Shown: positions 18,849-30,558, counted from the first letter of the stretch. The stretch is DNA of 64,000 bases from Deltaproteobacteria bacterium (GCA_033764095.1 JANRJF010000034.1:16549-80548), one strand, 5' to 3'. Notes: a model not told the origin generated them from the letters alone. Numbers and translations are program-made.

Positions 18849-18927
18849 CCGGCGCGCTCCGGCCCGGACGTGAGCGTGGCAAGATCGCGTGGCCAGCCGG
18901 CATAGAGAGACAACCAGCGGAGGTCCG

Positions 18928-19584
18928 ATGCGCGCCAGCCTGCTCGTCTTGCTGCTCCTGATCGCTCGTCCACTCAGCGCGGTCACGCTGACCGCGGCCA
19001 CCGCCGGCCCGGCCGACCCGGGCGGCACCGCCACCGTCTGCGTGGCGCTCGACACCGGCGGCGCGCAGGTCGCCGGCACACAGAACGACCTGACGTGGGA
19101 CGGCAGCTGCCTCACCCTGCCCGACACCAGCGCCTGCTACGCCTCCGGCACCCACGGCAAGCAGCTGCAGGGCAAGCTGCTCGACAACCGCGACTTCACC
19201 TACCGCGCGCTCATCCTGTCGCTCAGCGACGTCGACCCGATCGACGACGGCGTCCTGTACTGCTGCGACTTCTTCGTCGAGGCGACGGCTGGCGAGTGCT
19301 GCAGGGTGGACGTGACCGGTGCCGGCGCGTCCGATCCGCGCGGCAACGCGCTGGACGTCCTGGCTGTCGGCGGCCAGGTGTGTGCGGAACCGGAGTCCGC
19401 TGTCACCCCCATCGTCATCGCGACGCCGACCCGCACGCCGACGCTGTGCGGCAGCTGCCCTCCGGTCGCCAACGACGAAGACGACGGCTGCCAGGTCGCG
19501 GCGCCCGCATCGGGCGGCAGCGCGGCATGGCCGCTCGTCGCCGCCGTCGCACTGGCGTTGCTGCGTCGCCGGCGTGGGGTGTGA
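18928..19584 (+). CDS. Secreted Cys-rich cohesin-like protein with MYXO-CTERM-like tail
   Basis: GGAGG RBS; signal peptide; VAGTQNDL, DGVLYCC.F, GASDPRG; ends DDGCQVA...WPLVAAVALALLRRRRGV. Confidence 0.75.
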   Translation: MRASLLVLLLLIARPLSAVTLTAATAGPADPGGTATVCVALDTGGAQVAGTQNDLTWDGSCLTLPDTSACYASGTHGKQLQGKLLDNRDFTYRALILSLSDVDPIDDGVLYCCDFFVEATAGECCRVDVTGAGASDPRGNALDVLAVGGQVCAEPESAVTPIVIATPTRTPTLCGSCPPVANDEDDGCQVAAPASGGSAAWPLVAAVALALLRRRRGV

Positions 19585-19610
19585 GCGGCGTCCTTGTCGC
19601 CGGCGCGCTT

Positions 19611-19727
19611 GGCCACGGATTGCACGGAGAAGACCTGGATTACCCGGAGAGAAGAATAAGCCCGGAGCCCGCAAGCCGCCTGCAGGCTCCGTGTAATCCG
19701 TGTCCGGCATCCGTGAAATCCGTGGCC
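19611..19727. repeat. Palindromic element, family D (CACGGAT)
   Basis: ggccacggattgcacgga ... tccgtgtaatccgtg ... atccgtgaaatccgtggcc. Confidence 0.85.
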
Positions 19728-19825
19728 TCAGCGCCTCAGCTGGAGCACGTCCGCCGAGACCCTCCGCGCACCCACGACGACGCGTGACCCTTTTGCCGCG
19801 CCGCGAAAGCCGCTAGTCGCGCCGC

Positions 19826-21076
19826 ATGCAGCCCGGCCTGTCGCGGCGGATGTTCATCGGTCTGGTCGCCGGCGCCGGCCTCGGCGTGCTGGCGCACCTG
19901 GTCGCCGGCGACAGCGCCGCGCTGGCGGCGCTGATCACCTACGGCACCGAGCCGATCGGCAAGATCTTCCTGCGCCTGCTGTTCATGCTCGTCCTGCCGC
20001 TGGTGCTGTCGGCGCTGGCGCTCGGCGTCGCCGAGCTGCGCGACCTGCGCCAGCTCGGGCGCATCGGGCTGAAGACGCTCGCCTACACCGTCGTCGTCAC
20101 CAGCATCGCGGTGCTGGTCGGCGTCACGCTGGTCAACCTCATCCGTCCCGGCGACGGGCTGCCGCCGGCGCTGCGCGACACCTTGCAGTCGCGCGCCGCG
20201 GCGCCGCCGGCGGCGGCGCTCGGCGGCGGCGCCACCGGCGTCGACTTCCTCGTGCAGCTGGTGCCGGCCAACGTCGTCAGGGCGATGGCCGACGGCGACA
20301 TGCTGGCGGTGATGGTGTTCGCGCTGCTGCTCGGCATTGGCCTGGTGCTGACGCGCAGCGAGGCGACGCGCGCCTTCGAACAGGCGCTGCAGGGGCTCTA
20401 CGACGTCACCATGCGGCTGCTCGGGCTGGTGATTCGCTTCGCGCCGATCGGCGTCGGCTGCCTGCTGTTCACGCTCACCGCGCGCCTCGGCTACGACATC
20501 CTGAACCAGCTCGGCTGGTACGTGCTGGTGGTGGTGCTGGCGCTGGCGATCCAGCAGTTCGGCGTCTACTCCGCCTCGGTCGCCTGGCTGGGCGGCATGT
20601 CGCCGCTGTTCTTCTTCCGCGCCGTGCGGCCGGCGGTGGTCACCGCCTTCTCCACCGCCTCGAGCAACGCGACCCTGCCGACGGCATTGCAGGTGGCGGA
20701 GGAGAACCTGCGCCTGCCGGCGCACGTCAGCCGCTTCGTGCTCAGCATCGGCTCGACCGCCAACCAGAACGGCACCGCACTGTTCGAGGGCGTCACCGTG
20801 CTCTTCCTGGCGCAGTTCTACGGCGTCGAGCTGGCGCTGGCGCAGCAGATCCTGGTCGTCTTCATCTGCGTGCTCGGCGGCATCGGCACCGCCGGCGTGC
20901 CGGCCGGCTCGATCCCGGTCATCGCCATGATCCTCGGCCTGGTCGGCGTGCCGCCCGACGGCATCGGCATCATCCTCGGCGTCGACCGCATCCTCGACAT
21001 GTGCCGCACCACCGTGAACGTCACCGGCGACCTCGCCGCCGCGGTGGTGGTCAGCCGCGGCGAGACGCAGCACTGA
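19826..21076 (+). CDS. Dicarboxylate/amino acid:cation symporter (DAACS, GltP/DctA family)
   Basis: AFSTASSNATLP, GSTANQNGTALFE, GTAGVPAGS, GVDRILDMCRTTVNVTGD. Confidence 0.95.
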   Translation: MQPGLSRRMFIGLVAGAGLGVLAHLVAGDSAALAALITYGTEPIGKIFLRLLFMLVLPLVLSALALGVAELRDLRQLGRIGLKTLAYTVVVTSIAVLVGVTLVNLIRPGDGLPPALRDTLQSRAAAPPAAALGGGATGVDFLVQLVPANVVRAMADGDMLAVMVFALLLGIGLVLTRSEATRAFEQALQGLYDVTMRLLGLVIRFAPIGVGCLLFTLTARLGYDILNQLGWYVLVVVLALAIQQFGVYSASVAWLGGMSPLFFFRAVRPAVVTAFSTASSNATLPTALQVAEENLRLPAHVSRFVLSIGSTANQNGTALFEGVTVLFLAQFYGVELALAQQILVVFICVLGGIGTAGVPAGSIPVIAMILGLVGVPPDGIGIILGVDRILDMCRTTVNVTGDLAAAVVVSRGETQH

Positions 21077-21162
21077 GCCCGACTTCGTCCGTAGGGATTT
21101 CCCCCAATTGATCGACTCGGTGCCGCTCGACTAAGTCGAAGAGCGGGACGCGAGGGGGAACG

Positions 21163-24100
21163 ATGACGGCAGGCCTTCTGGGCGGTCGGTTGGTCGCGGC
21201 GTGGCTTGCCGTCTGGTTGTTGATCCACGCGCCGGCGGCGGCGGCGCAGACGTGCAGCGACTACGACGGCGACGGCCTGTGCAACACGGTCGACAACTGC
21301 CGCTACGTCGCCAACCCCGACCAGGCCGACGGCGACGGCGACGGCGCGGGCGACGTCTGCGACATCTGTCCGGCGCTATATGATCCGTTGCAGGGCGACT
21401 ACGACGGCAACGGCGTCGGCGACCTCTGCCAGGTCTGTCCGGTCAACCAGGACTACGACGGCGACCAGCTGTGCAACGGGCAGGACAACTGCCTGTACGC
21501 GCCCAATCCCGATCAACTCGACAGCGACGCCGATGCGATCGGCGACACCTGCGACAACTGTCCGGCGCTCGCCAACCCCACCCAGGCGGATGCCGACGGC
21601 AACGGTCGCGGCGACCTGTGCCAGACGTGCGCGGCCGGAACCGACTACGACGGCGACGACGTCTGCAACGGCGCCGACAACTGCATCTACGACCGCAACG
21701 CCGACCAGGCGAACGGCGATGGCGATCCGTTCGGTGACGCCTGCGACAATTGCGTCGGCGCCGGACTCGACAACGACGGCGACGGCGTCTGCGATCCGCT
21801 CGACAACTGCGACTACCGGCCGAATCCCGATCAACTCGACAGCGACGCGGACGGAATCGGCGATGCCTGCGACAACTGCGCGGTGGTGTTCAATCCGCTG
21901 CAGGCCGACCGCGACTCCAACGGGCGCGGCGATGCCTGCCAGAGCTGTCCGTCCTTCAACGACGACGACGGCGACGACACCTGCAACGGCGTCGACAACT
22001 GCCGATACGATGCGAATCCCGATCAACAGAACGGCGACGGCGATGCGTACGGCGACGCCTGCGACAACTGTGTCGGGCAGGGCCTCGACGACGACGGCGA
22101 CGCGGCGTGCGATCCGGTCGACAACTGCCTGTACACGTACAACGCCGATCAGCTCGACGGCGACGGCGATGGGCGCGGCGATGCCTGCGACAACTGCCCG
22201 GCGCTCGCCAATCCCGCGCAGACCGACAGCGACTACAACGGCGTCGGCGACGCCTGCCAGACCTGCCCGCTCAACGGCGACTACGACGGCGACGAGATCT
22301 GCACGGCCGCCGACAACTGCCCGTACGACCGGAATCCTGCGCAGACCGACGGCGACGGCGACGGTGCCGGCGACGCCTGCGATGGTTGCGTCGGTCCGGG
22401 TACCACCGATCGCGACCACGACGGCATCTGTGAGCCGACCGACAACTGTTTCTACTATCCGAACCCGTCACAGACCGATTCGGACGGCGATGGCGCCGGC
22501 GACGGGTGCGACGGCTGTTTCGGGCCGGGCACCAGCGACTACGACAACGACGCGGCCTGCGATGCGGGCGACAACTGCCCCTACACCCCGAACCCGGACC
22601 AGGCGGACGGCGACGGCGACGGCCTCGGCGACCTGTGCGACGACTGCGTCGGACCCGGGCTCGGCGACTACGACCAGGACGGCGCCTGCAACCAGGTCGA
22701 CAACTGCTCCTACACGCCCAACCCGGATCAGGCCGACCCGGACGGCGACGGGCTCGGCAGCGCCTGCGACAACTGCCCGACGGCCGCCAATCCGAACCAG
22801 AGCGATGCCGACTCCAATGGCCTTGGCGACGCCTGCCAGCTCTGTGCGCTGAATACCGATCGCGACGGCGATCAGGTCTGCGTCGCCACCGACAACTGCC
22901 CGTCGACCCGCAACACCGATCAGACCGACACCGATCACGACGGCCTCGGCGACGCCTGCGACAACTGCCCGGCGGTCGCCAACCTCGACCAGCGCGACGC
23001 CGACTCCAACGGGCGCGGCGATGCCTGCCAGCGCTGCCCGCAGTTCACCGACGGCGACGGCGACGAGGTCTGCTACCCGCACGACAACTGCGTGTATCGG
23101 CCCAACACCGACCAGGCGGACAGCGACGGCGATACGATCGGCGATGCCTGCGACGACTGCGCCGGGCCGGGCCTGGACGGTGACGGCGACGGCATCTGCG
23201 CCATCGACGACAACTGCGTCGGCACCTTCAACCCCGATCAGGCCGACAGCGACGGCGATGGCAGCGGCGACGTCTGCGACAACTGCCCGGCGGTCGCCAA
23301 CCTCGACCAGAAGAACGCGGACTACGACCAGCTCGGCGACGCCTGCGACGCCTGCGTCGGCGACTTCTGGTTCGACTACGACCAGGACGGTTTCTGCGAC
23401 GAGGCGAGCCAGTGCCCGCTCGGCTGCGACAATTGCGCCGGCGTCGCCAATCCCGACCAGACCGACGCCGACGCCGACGGGGTCGGCGACGTCTGCGACA
23501 TCTGCGTCGGGGCCGGCGGTCGCGACACCGACCACGACGGCGCCTGCGACAGCGCCGACGGCTGTCGCAACTACTACGACCCCGCCCAGTCGGATGCGGA
23601 CGGCGACGGCGTCGGGGACTTCTGCGACAACTGCCCGGACACGTTCAACCCGACGCAGCGCGACGCCAACCAGGACGGCGAGGGCGATGCCTGCGATCGC
23701 TGCCCGGTGGCCGACGACGGCGACCGCGACGGCATCTGCGGCAGCGGCGACCTCTGTCCCGACAACCCCGATCCCGATCAGCTCGACGACGACGGCGACG
23801 GGCTCGGCAACGCCTGCGACAACTGTCCGGCGGTCGTCAACCCGGACCAGGCCGACAGTGATTTCAACGGCGTCGGCGACGCCTGCCAGAGCTGCCCGTT
23901 GCGCGGCGACGACGACGGCGACCGCAGCTGCGACACGGTCGACAACTGCCCCGGTCAGTCGAACCCCGATCAGCGCGACGGCGACGGCGACGGACGCGGC
24001 GACCCGTGCGACAACTGCCCGAGCGCCGCCAACGCGACGCAGCTCGACAGCGACGGCAACGGCGTCGGCGACGCCTGCCAGGCCTGCCCGCTGTTCGCCG

Positions 24101-26355
24101 ACGGCGATGCCGACGAGATCTGCGCGCCGCTCGACAACTGCGAGTACAGCCCCAACCCCGAGCAGACCGACGGCGACGGCGACGGCTACGGCGATACGTG
24201 CGACCGCTGTCTCGGCCCCGGCACCGACGACTACGACGACGACGGGGTGTGCAACGACGCCGACGTCTGCCTCTTCTACTACGATCCGCTGCAGACCGAC
24301 TCGGACGGCGACGGCCTCGGCGATCGCTGCGACAACTGCGCCGGACCGGGCCTCGACAACGACGGCGACACCGTCTGCGACGCGGTCGACAACTGCCTGG
24401 GCACGGGCAACCCGGACCAGCTCGACGGCGACGCGGACGGCGACGGCGACGCCTGCGACAACTGCCCGGCGGTCGCCAATCCGGACCAGGCGGACTTCGA
24501 TTACAACCGCGTCGGCGACGCCTGTCAGCGCTGCGCGCCGTACGACGACTACGACGCCGACAACGTCTGTTCCGCACTCGACAACTGTCCGTACGCGTTC
24601 AACCCGACCCAGGCCGACGGCGACGGCGACGGCGTCGGCGACGCCTGCGACCACTGCAGCGCCGCCGGCAGCGACGACTACGACGGCGATGGCGCCTGCG
24701 ATTCGACCGACAACTGCCGCTATCGCAGCAACCCCGACCAGGCCGACGCCGACAACGACGCCGTCGGCGACCTCTGCGACAACTGCGTGAACGTCGCCAA
24801 CCCCAGCCAACGCGACGACGACGGCAACAGCCTCGGCAACGCCTGCCAGCTCTGTCCACCCTACGGCGACGCCGACCGCGACGACGTGTGCCTGCCGCTC
24901 GACAACTGCCCGTACGCGTCCAATCCCAGTCAGAGCGACACCGACGGCGACGGCGCCGGCGACCCCTGCGACGCCTGCGACGGAAACGGCGCCAACGACT
25001 ACGACGGCGACGGCGTCTGCGATCCGGCCGACAATTGCCGCACGCGGTACAACCCGAGCCAGGACGACGGCGACGGCGACGGCAGCGGCGACGCCTGCGA
25101 CAACTGCGCCGCGCTCGCCAACCCGGACCAGGTCAACCGCGACGGCGACAGCACCGGCGACGCCTGCGACCCGTGCCCGCTCGACGGGTACAGCGACTAC
25201 GACGGCGACGGCTTCTGTGGATATCCGCAGCAGTGCCCGAGCGGCTGCGACGACTGCCCGTTCGACTTCGATCTCGAGCAGTCCGACGCCGACCACGACG
25301 GCTACGGCGACGAGTGCGACAGCTGCCCGGGTGACGGCACCTACGACGGCGATTCCGATGGGATCTGCGACGAGGTCGACAATTGCCGCTTCGCCGCGAA
25401 CCACAATCAGTACGACGAGGACGGCGACGGACGCGGCGACCTGTGCGACAACTGCCCGGCGGTCTTCAACCCGGACCAGGCGGACGGCGACTACGACCAG
25501 TTCGGCGACGCCTGCGACGACTGCAGCAGCTACGACTACGACAACGACGCGGTGTGCAACGGCGAGGACAACTGCCCGTTCGCGTTCAACCCGACCCAGG
25601 CGGATCCCGATCACGACGGCGTCGGGAGCGGCTGCGACAACTGTCCGAGCGTTCCCAACCGCGGCCAGGACGATGTCGACTCCAACGGCGTCGGCGACGT
25701 CTGCGAGCGCTGCACCGGCGACGATGCCGATCGCGACGGGATCTGCGACGAGACGGACAACTGCCCGACCCGCGCCAACCCGAGCCAGATCGACAGCGAC
25801 GGCAACGGCGTCGGCGATGCCTGCCAGCTCTGCTTCGACACGCCGCGCGCCAGCTGTCGCCGCCCGATCCGGGCCGGCGCGTCGCGCCTGACGCTGCGCG
25901 ATCGGCGCCGCGACCTGCTGCGCTGGGAGTGGCGGCGCGGCGCCGACACGCCGCTCGGCACGCTCGGCAACCCGCTCGCCAGCACCGCCTACGCGCTGTG
26001 CCTGTACAGCGGCGCGCCGACCCGTCTCGCCTACGAAGTCGTCGTCGCCGCCGGCGGCGAGTGCGACGGCCACCCGTGCTGGTCGGCGCAGGGCGCCGAC
26101 GGCTGGCGCTGGAAGGGCCGCGGATCACACCCCGGCGGCATGCGCGAGCTCCGCCTGCAGGCCGGCGCCGCCGGCGACGCGCACTTCTCGCTGCTCGCCA
26201 AGAGCGACGCACTGCAACTTCCCGTCCTGCCGATGGACGGCAACGCGGCGGTGATCGCACAGCTGGTCAACGATCAGGGTTATTGCTGGGAAGCGCGCTT
26301 CGTCGCCCCGCATTCGGAGAACTCCGCCACCACGTTCACCGACCGGTCCCAATAG
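21163..26355 (+). CDS. Giant thrombospondin type 3 repeat surface protein (1730 aa)
   Basis: Signal peptide; dozens of DNCP...NP.Q.D.DGDG.GDACD calcium-binding repeats; about 170 aa non-repetitive C-terminal domain. Confidence 0.93.
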   Translation: MTAGLLGGRLVAAWLAVWLLIHAPAAAAQTCSDYDGDGLCNTVDNCRYVANPDQADGDGDGAGDVCDICPALYDPLQGDYDGNGVGDLCQVCPVNQDYDGDQLCNGQDNCLYAPNPDQLDSDADAIGDTCDNCPALANPTQADADGNGRGDLCQTCAAGTDYDGDDVCNGADNCIYDRNADQANGDGDPFGDACDNCVGAGLDNDGDGVCDPLDNCDYRPNPDQLDSDADGIGDACDNCAVVFNPLQADRDSNGRGDACQSCPSFNDDDGDDTCNGVDNCRYDANPDQQNGDGDAYGDACDNCVGQGLDDDGDAACDPVDNCLYTYNADQLDGDGDGRGDACDNCPALANPAQTDSDYNGVGDACQTCPLNGDYDGDEICTAADNCPYDRNPAQTDGDGDGAGDACDGCVGPGTTDRDHDGICEPTDNCFYYPNPSQTDSDGDGAGDGCDGCFGPGTSDYDNDAACDAGDNCPYTPNPDQADGDGDGLGDLCDDCVGPGLGDYDQDGACNQVDNCSYTPNPDQADPDGDGLGSACDNCPTAANPNQSDADSNGLGDACQLCALNTDRDGDQVCVATDNCPSTRNTDQTDTDHDGLGDACDNCPAVANLDQRDADSNGRGDACQRCPQFTDGDGDEVCYPHDNCVYRPNTDQADSDGDTIGDACDDCAGPGLDGDGDGICAIDDNCVGTFNPDQADSDGDGSGDVCDNCPAVANLDQKNADYDQLGDACDACVGDFWFDYDQDGFCDEASQCPLGCDNCAGVANPDQTDADADGVGDVCDICVGAGGRDTDHDGACDSADGCRNYYDPAQSDADGDGVGDFCDNCPDTFNPTQRDANQDGEGDACDRCPVADDGDRDGICGSGDLCPDNPDPDQLDDDGDGLGNACDNCPAVVNPDQADSDFNGVGDACQSCPLRGDDDGDRSCDTVDNCPGQSNPDQRDGDGDGRGDPCDNCPSAANATQLDSDGNGVGDACQACPLFADGDADEICAPLDNCEYSPNPEQTDGDGDGYGDTCDRCLGPGTDDYDDDGVCNDADVCLFYYDPLQTDSDGDGLGDRCDNCAGPGLDNDGDTVCDAVDNCLGTGNPDQLDGDADGDGDACDNCPAVANPDQADFDYNRVGDACQRCAPYDDYDADNVCSALDNCPYAFNPTQADGDGDGVGDACDHCSAAGSDDYDGDGACDSTDNCRYRSNPDQADADNDAVGDLCDNCVNVANPSQRDDDGNSLGNACQLCPPYGDADRDDVCLPLDNCPYASNPSQSDTDGDGAGDPCDACDGNGANDYDGDGVCDPADNCRTRYNPSQDDGDGDGSGDACDNCAALANPDQVNRDGDSTGDACDPCPLDGYSDYDGDGFCGYPQQCPSGCDDCPFDFDLEQSDADHDGYGDECDSCPGDGTYDGDSDGICDEVDNCRFAANHNQYDEDGDGRGDLCDNCPAVFNPDQADGDYDQFGDACDDCSSYDYDNDAVCNGEDNCPFAFNPTQADPDHDGVGSGCDNCPSVPNRGQDDVDSNGVGDVCERCTGDDADRDGICDETDNCPTRANPSQIDSDGNGVGDACQLCFDTPRASCRRPIRAGASRLTLRDRRRDLLRWEWRRGADTPLGTLGNPLASTAYALCLYSGAPTRLAYEVVVAAGGECDGHPCWSAQGADGWRWKGRGSHPGGMRELRLQAGAAGDAHFSLLAKSDALQLPVLPMDGNAAVIAQLVNDQGYCWEARFVAPHSENSATTFTDRSQ

Positions 26356-26371
26356 CGGCGGCGCGCCGCGC

Positions 26372-27802
26372 TCAGCTGCCCGGCCCGCACTCCTCCAGGG
26401 AACGCAGCGGGCCGCGCAGCTTGAGGCGCGTGCTCAGGTCGCGCAGCGCGGTGCGAATGCCCTCCTCGACCACCGGGTGGTAGAAGGGCATGTCGAGCGT
26501 CTCCTCGACGGTGAGGCCGGCCTGCACGGCCCAGGCGAGCAGGTGCGCGGTGTGCTCGACGCGCGGGCCGAACATCTCGGCGCCGATCAGCGTGCCGCAC
26601 TCGCGCGTCGCGTAGACGCGCACCATGCCGGCGTTCTGGCGCATGACGCGGGCGCGGCCCTGGTCGCCATAGTCGACGCAGCCGACCTCGTGCTCGCCCT
26701 GGCGCAGCTCGCTGAAGCGCGCCCCGACCATCGCCAGGTTGGGCTCGGTGAAGGCGATCAGCAGCGGCACCCGCCGGTGCTGGGCGCGCACCTCGGGAAA
26801 GCGCGCCGCGTTGCTGCCGGCGATGCGGCCCTCGTCGGCCGCCTCGTGCAGCACCGGGCGGTAGTTGCTGACGTCGCCGGCGAGGAAGATCGGCGCATCG
26901 CCGCACTGCATGGTGTGGGTGTCGATGGTCGGCACGCCCTGCGCGTCGAGCGCCAGGCCGGTGTGCTCCAGGCCGAGATCGGCGAGGTTGGGCGTGCGGC
27001 CGGCGCTCGACAGGATGGCGGCGACGCGTCGCTCGCCGCGCCCGCCGGCGGTGTCGGTCCAGCGCACGAGGAAGCCGCCGCCGTCGCGCTGCACCGCAAT
27101 GCTGGCGTTGCAGTGTATGTCGAGCTCCGCCGCCATCGCCGCGCTGACGCTGGCGCGCACCACCGGATCGGTGAGCGGGCCGAGCAGGTCGCGGCGCGCG
27201 AACAGCGTCGTACGCACGCCGAGGCGGTGCAGCGCCTGCCCGACCTCCAGGCCGATGACCCCGGTGCCGACCACGGCGATCGACTCCGGCAGGTCGGCGA
27301 GCTCGAAGGCGTTCTCGTTGGTCAGCACCGCATCCCACACCGCGGCGAGCGACGGCGGGATCTTCGGCGTCGAGCCGGTGGCGATGACCACGGCGCGCGC
27401 CTCGACGCGGGTGTGGTCATCCACCTGCAACGTCGTCGGCGCGACGAAACGCGCGTGGCCGCGCAAGCGCTGCTCGGGCGGGATCGCCTCGACGCCGTCG
27501 AGCACGAAGCCGACGAAGCGATCGCGCTCCGCCTGCACGCGCCGCAGCACCGCGCGCCCGTCCACCCGCACGCCGTCCGGCACCTGGATGCCGAAGTGCG
27601 GCGCGGCGCGCACCGCGTGCGCCGCCTCGGCGGCAGCGATCAACAGCTTCGACGGCATGCAGCCGACCCGCGCGCAGGTCGTCCCCCACGGACCACCCTC
27701 GATCAGCACCGCCGACTTCCCCGCCTCCACCACCGCCCGCCGCGCTCCCAGCCCAGCGGTCCCGCCGCCGATGACGGCGACGTCCACTCGCATGACCTGC
27801 AT
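26372..27802 (-). CDS. Dihydrolipoyl dehydrogenase family pyridine nucleotide-disulfide oxidoreductase
   Basis: GGAGG RBS before ATG 27802; VIGGGTAG, GTTCARVGCMPSK redox disulfide, GTGVIGLE, FYHPVVEEG. Confidence 0.92.
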   Translation of the reverse strand: MQVMRVDVAVIGGGTAGLGARRAVVEAGKSAVLIEGGPWGTTCARVGCMPSKLLIAAAEAAHAVRAAPHFGIQVPDGVRVDGRAVLRRVQAERDRFVGFVLDGVEAIPPEQRLRGHARFVAPTTLQVDDHTRVEARAVVIATGSTPKIPPSLAAVWDAVLTNENAFELADLPESIAVVGTGVIGLEVGQALHRLGVRTTLFARRDLLGPLTDPVVRASVSAAMAAELDIHCNASIAVQRDGGGFLVRWTDTAGGRGERRVAAILSSAGRTPNLADLGLEHTGLALDAQGVPTIDTHTMQCGDAPIFLAGDVSNYRPVLHEAADEGRIAGSNAARFPEVRAQHRRVPLLIAFTEPNLAMVGARFSELRQGEHEVGCVDYGDQGRARVMRQNAGMVRVYATRECGTLIGAEMFGPRVEHTAHLLAWAVQAGLTVEETLDMPFYHPVVEEGIRTALRDLSTRLKLRGPLRSLEECGPGS

Positions 27803-27831
27803 GTCACCTCCGCGCTTTGGCCTGAACCGCC

Positions 27832-27926
27832 TGACCAGTAACCCAGTAACCGGTGACCGGTGACCAGTCCGAACTGGGCGTGTGTCGACAACCGCGGACC
27901 GGTCACCGGTCACCGGTCACTGGTCA
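27832..27926. repeat. Palindromic element, heptamer family E (GGTGACC)
   Basis: tgaccagt...accggtgaccggtgaccagt / accggtcaccggtcaccggtcactggtca. Confidence 0.85.
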
Positions 27927-27938
27927 CGCTCTTGCTCC

Positions 27939-28241
27939 TCACATCATCTTCACCACGCCGCTGACCTCGTAGCGGTCGATCGACGGCGGACCGGCGACCA
28001 TCGCGGGGATGGCGGCGTTGAACTCGGCCATGTGCGGCGTCTGGAAATGGGCGGTGAGCGCGGCCTCGTTCTCCCACTCCTCGAAGATGAAGAAGGTGTT
28101 GGGGTCGGCGAGGTCGCTGTAGAAGCGGTACGATTTGCACCCTGGCTCGGCCTGGGTGGCGGCGGCCATCTTCAGCGCCGCGGCGACGGCCTCGGCGCGG
28201 CGGTCGGGGCGCACGGGAACACGTCCGGCTACGATCAGCAT
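27939..28241 (-). CDS. Antibiotic biosynthesis monooxygenase (putative quinol monooxygenase) family protein
   Basis: EPGCKSYRF...DPNTFFIFEEWENEAALTAHFQTPH. Confidence 0.9.
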   Translation of the reverse strand: MLIVAGRVPVRPDRRAEAVAAALKMAAATQAEPGCKSYRFYSDLADPNTFFIFEEWENEAALTAHFQTPHMAEFNAAIPAMVAGPPSIDRYEVSGVVKMM

Positions 28242-28340
28242 CGCGGGGAATCCTCCGGCCGCGCCTCTACCACGGAGACGAGCAATCCGTCATAGCGCCG
28301 AGGGCTGGAGCGGCGTGCGGGCAGGTGCGATAGGGGCCGC

Positions 28341-29054
28341 ATGCTGGATGGCGCACCGCTGCTGCTCAGTGCCGCGACCATCGGCGTGCTGCACACGGCC
28401 CTCGGGCCGGACCACTCGTTGCCGTTCATCGCGCTGGCGCGCGCGCGCCACTGGTCGGGCCGCCGCACGGCGCTGATCACGACGCTGTGCGGCCTGGCGC
28501 ACGTCGGTAGCTCGGCGCTGCTCGGCCTGATCGGCGTCGGGCTGGGCAGCGCCGTCTTCCATCTCGAGCGGGTCGAGGCGGCGCGCGGCCCGATCGCCGC
28601 CTGGCTGATGCTCGGCTTCGGTCTCGCCTATGCCGCCTGGGGCGTGCGGCGCGCGCTGCGCGGCGACGGCCATGCCCATTCGCACGCGCACGCCGACGGC
28701 ACCCGGCACCGCCATCCGCACCGCCATGACGGCGCGCACGTGCATCCGCACGATGCGGCGGAGGATGGGGCGCGGACGCTGACCGTCTGGACGCTGTTCC
28801 TCATCTTCGGCTTCGGCCCCTGCGAGCCGCTGATCCCGCTGCTGCTCTATCCGGCCGCCACCGGTGGGGTGGCGCAGGCGGCGCTGGTGGTCACCGTGTT
28901 CGGCCTGGCGACCATCGCGACGATGCTCGCGGTGGTCTTCGCCGCGCTGGCGCTGGCGCCGCCGCAGGGTTGGCCGCGCCTGGCGCGCTGGGAACATGCG
29001 CTCGCCGGACTGGTGGTCGCCGGCTGCGGCGCGGCGATGACCGCCGGGCTCTGA
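28341..29054 (+). CDS. Nickel/cobalt transporter-like membrane protein (NiCoT/UreH/RcnA-like)
   Basis: HTALGPDH motif, His-rich loop HAHSHAH..HRHPHRH..HVHPH, GPCEPLIP, about six TM helices. Confidence 0.8.
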   Translation: MLDGAPLLLSAATIGVLHTALGPDHSLPFIALARARHWSGRRTALITTLCGLAHVGSSALLGLIGVGLGSAVFHLERVEAARGPIAAWLMLGFGLAYAAWGVRRALRGDGHAHSHAHADGTRHRHPHRHDGAHVHPHDAAEDGARTLTVWTLFLIFGFGPCEPLIPLLLYPAATGGVAQAALVVTVFGLATIATMLAVVFAALALAPPQGWPRLARWEHALAGLVVAGCGAAMTAGL

Positions 29055-29179
29055 CCGCCGCTGGCACCGCCGCTCGCCGCGTGCGGCTGGCGCAGTCGCG
29101 ACACTGCGGCACGCGGCACCGCCAATCGTAGCCGCGCCTGGCGCGCCGTGCCCTGGTTCTTGCTAAGCGAGACGGTGCG

Positions 29180-30448
29180 ATGCTGCGCGTGCTGCAGACG
29201 ATCATCGGGTGGGAGTGGCCGATGCGGGTGCTGAACCCGCTGCTCGGCGCGTTCAATCCGTTCCATCCCAGCTACCGGCTCGACCCCTACCCGACCTACC
29301 GGCGGCTGCTCGACCGGCACCCCGTCTACTTCGCCCCCGCGCTCGGCGGCGGCTGCGTGTTGTCGCGCCACGCCGACATCGCCGCGCTGCTGAGCGACGC
29401 GCGCTTCTCGGTCGATCGCCCGCAGGCGACCGGCTTCAAGCGGCTCGACCCATTCCGCGGCCTCAGTCCGGCGTTCGTCGAGATGATCCTCAGCACGCTG
29501 CTGATGGTCGACCCGCCGCGCCACACGCGCCTGCGCCGACTGGTCAACAAGGCCTTCACGCCGCGCATGGTCGAGGCGCTCACCCCGCGCATCCAGGCGG
29601 TGGTGGACGAGCTGCTCGAGCCGGTGCGCGGCCGCCACCGCATGGATCTGATCCAGACCCTCGCCTACCCGTTGCCGGTGGTGGTGATCGCCGAGCTGCT
29701 CGGCATCCCCAGCGCCGACCGCGAACGCTTCAAGCACTGGTCCGATACGTTGGCGGTGCTGCTCGACCCGCTGCAGGCGCCCGGCGGCCTGGTCGCCTGC
29801 CAGAGCGCGTTCGAAGAGATGGCCGCCTACCTGCGCGACATCGCCGACGCGCGCCGCCAGGCGCCGCGCGACGACCTGATCAGTGCGCTGGTGGCGATCG
29901 AGGAGCAGGGCGACGCGCTGAGCGGCCCCGAGCTGGTGGGGCTGTGCGGCCTCATCCTCGGCGCCGGCCACGAGACCACCACCAACCTCATCGCCAACGC
30001 GACGCTGGCGCTGCTGCGCCATCCCGAGCAACGCCGCCGCCTGCAGGACGACCCAACGCTGATCGCTGGGGCGGTCGAGGAGTTCCTGCGCTACGACAGC
30101 CCGGTGCAGGCGACCGACCGTGTCGTGCTCGCCGACGACGTCGAGCTCGACGGCCGCCCGCTCAAACGCGGCAGCGTCGTGCTCTGCCTGCTCGGCGCCG
30201 CCAACCGCGACCCGGCCCGCTACCACGACGCGGATCGGCTCGACATCACCCGTCCCGACATCGAGCACCTGGCCTTCGGCCGTGGCCCGCACTTCTGCCT
30301 CGGCGCGGCGCTGGCGCGCGCCGAAGCACGCATCGCCATCCCCGCCCTGCTGCGCGCCTTCCCCGACCTCGACGGCGATCGCGCCCCGAAACACTGGAAA
30401 CGCTCGATCGTCCTGCGCGGCCCAACCGAGCTGGAAGTGACGTGGTAG
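29180..30448 (+). CDS. Cytochrome P450
   Basis: DPPRHTRLR, AGHETT, EFLR, FGRGPHFCLG heme ligand. Start may be ATG 29222 (GGAG upstream). Confidence 0.96.
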   Translation: MLRVLQTIIGWEWPMRVLNPLLGAFNPFHPSYRLDPYPTYRRLLDRHPVYFAPALGGGCVLSRHADIAALLSDARFSVDRPQATGFKRLDPFRGLSPAFVEMILSTLLMVDPPRHTRLRRLVNKAFTPRMVEALTPRIQAVVDELLEPVRGRHRMDLIQTLAYPLPVVVIAELLGIPSADRERFKHWSDTLAVLLDPLQAPGGLVACQSAFEEMAAYLRDIADARRQAPRDDLISALVAIEEQGDALSGPELVGLCGLILGAGHETTTNLIANATLALLRHPEQRRRLQDDPTLIAGAVEEFLRYDSPVQATDRVVLADDVELDGRPLKRGSVVLCLLGAANRDPARYHDADRLDITRPDIEHLAFGRGPHFCLGAALARAEARIAIPALLRAFPDLDGDRAPKHWKRSIVLRGPTELEVTW

Positions 30449-30462
30449 AGCAAAACGAAAAC

Positions 30463-30548
30463 GGAACCACGGATGAACACAGATAAGAGAAACGAAGAAC
30501 GGCTCAGAGGTATTTCATCCGTGTTCATCTGTGTTCATCCGTGGTTCC
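30463..30548. repeat. Palindromic element, family D
   Basis: Perfect 22-bp inverted repeat GGAACCACGGATGAACACAGAT (30463-30484) / 30527-30548. Confidence 0.92.
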
Positions 30549-30558
30549 ACCAATTCAA

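Noticed and set aside
21250-25830. Highly repetitive DNA resembling a CRISPR or tandem array
   Set aside because: The repeats are degenerate at synonymous positions and encode in-frame TSP3 motifs; no constant repeat-spacer structure and no cas genes.
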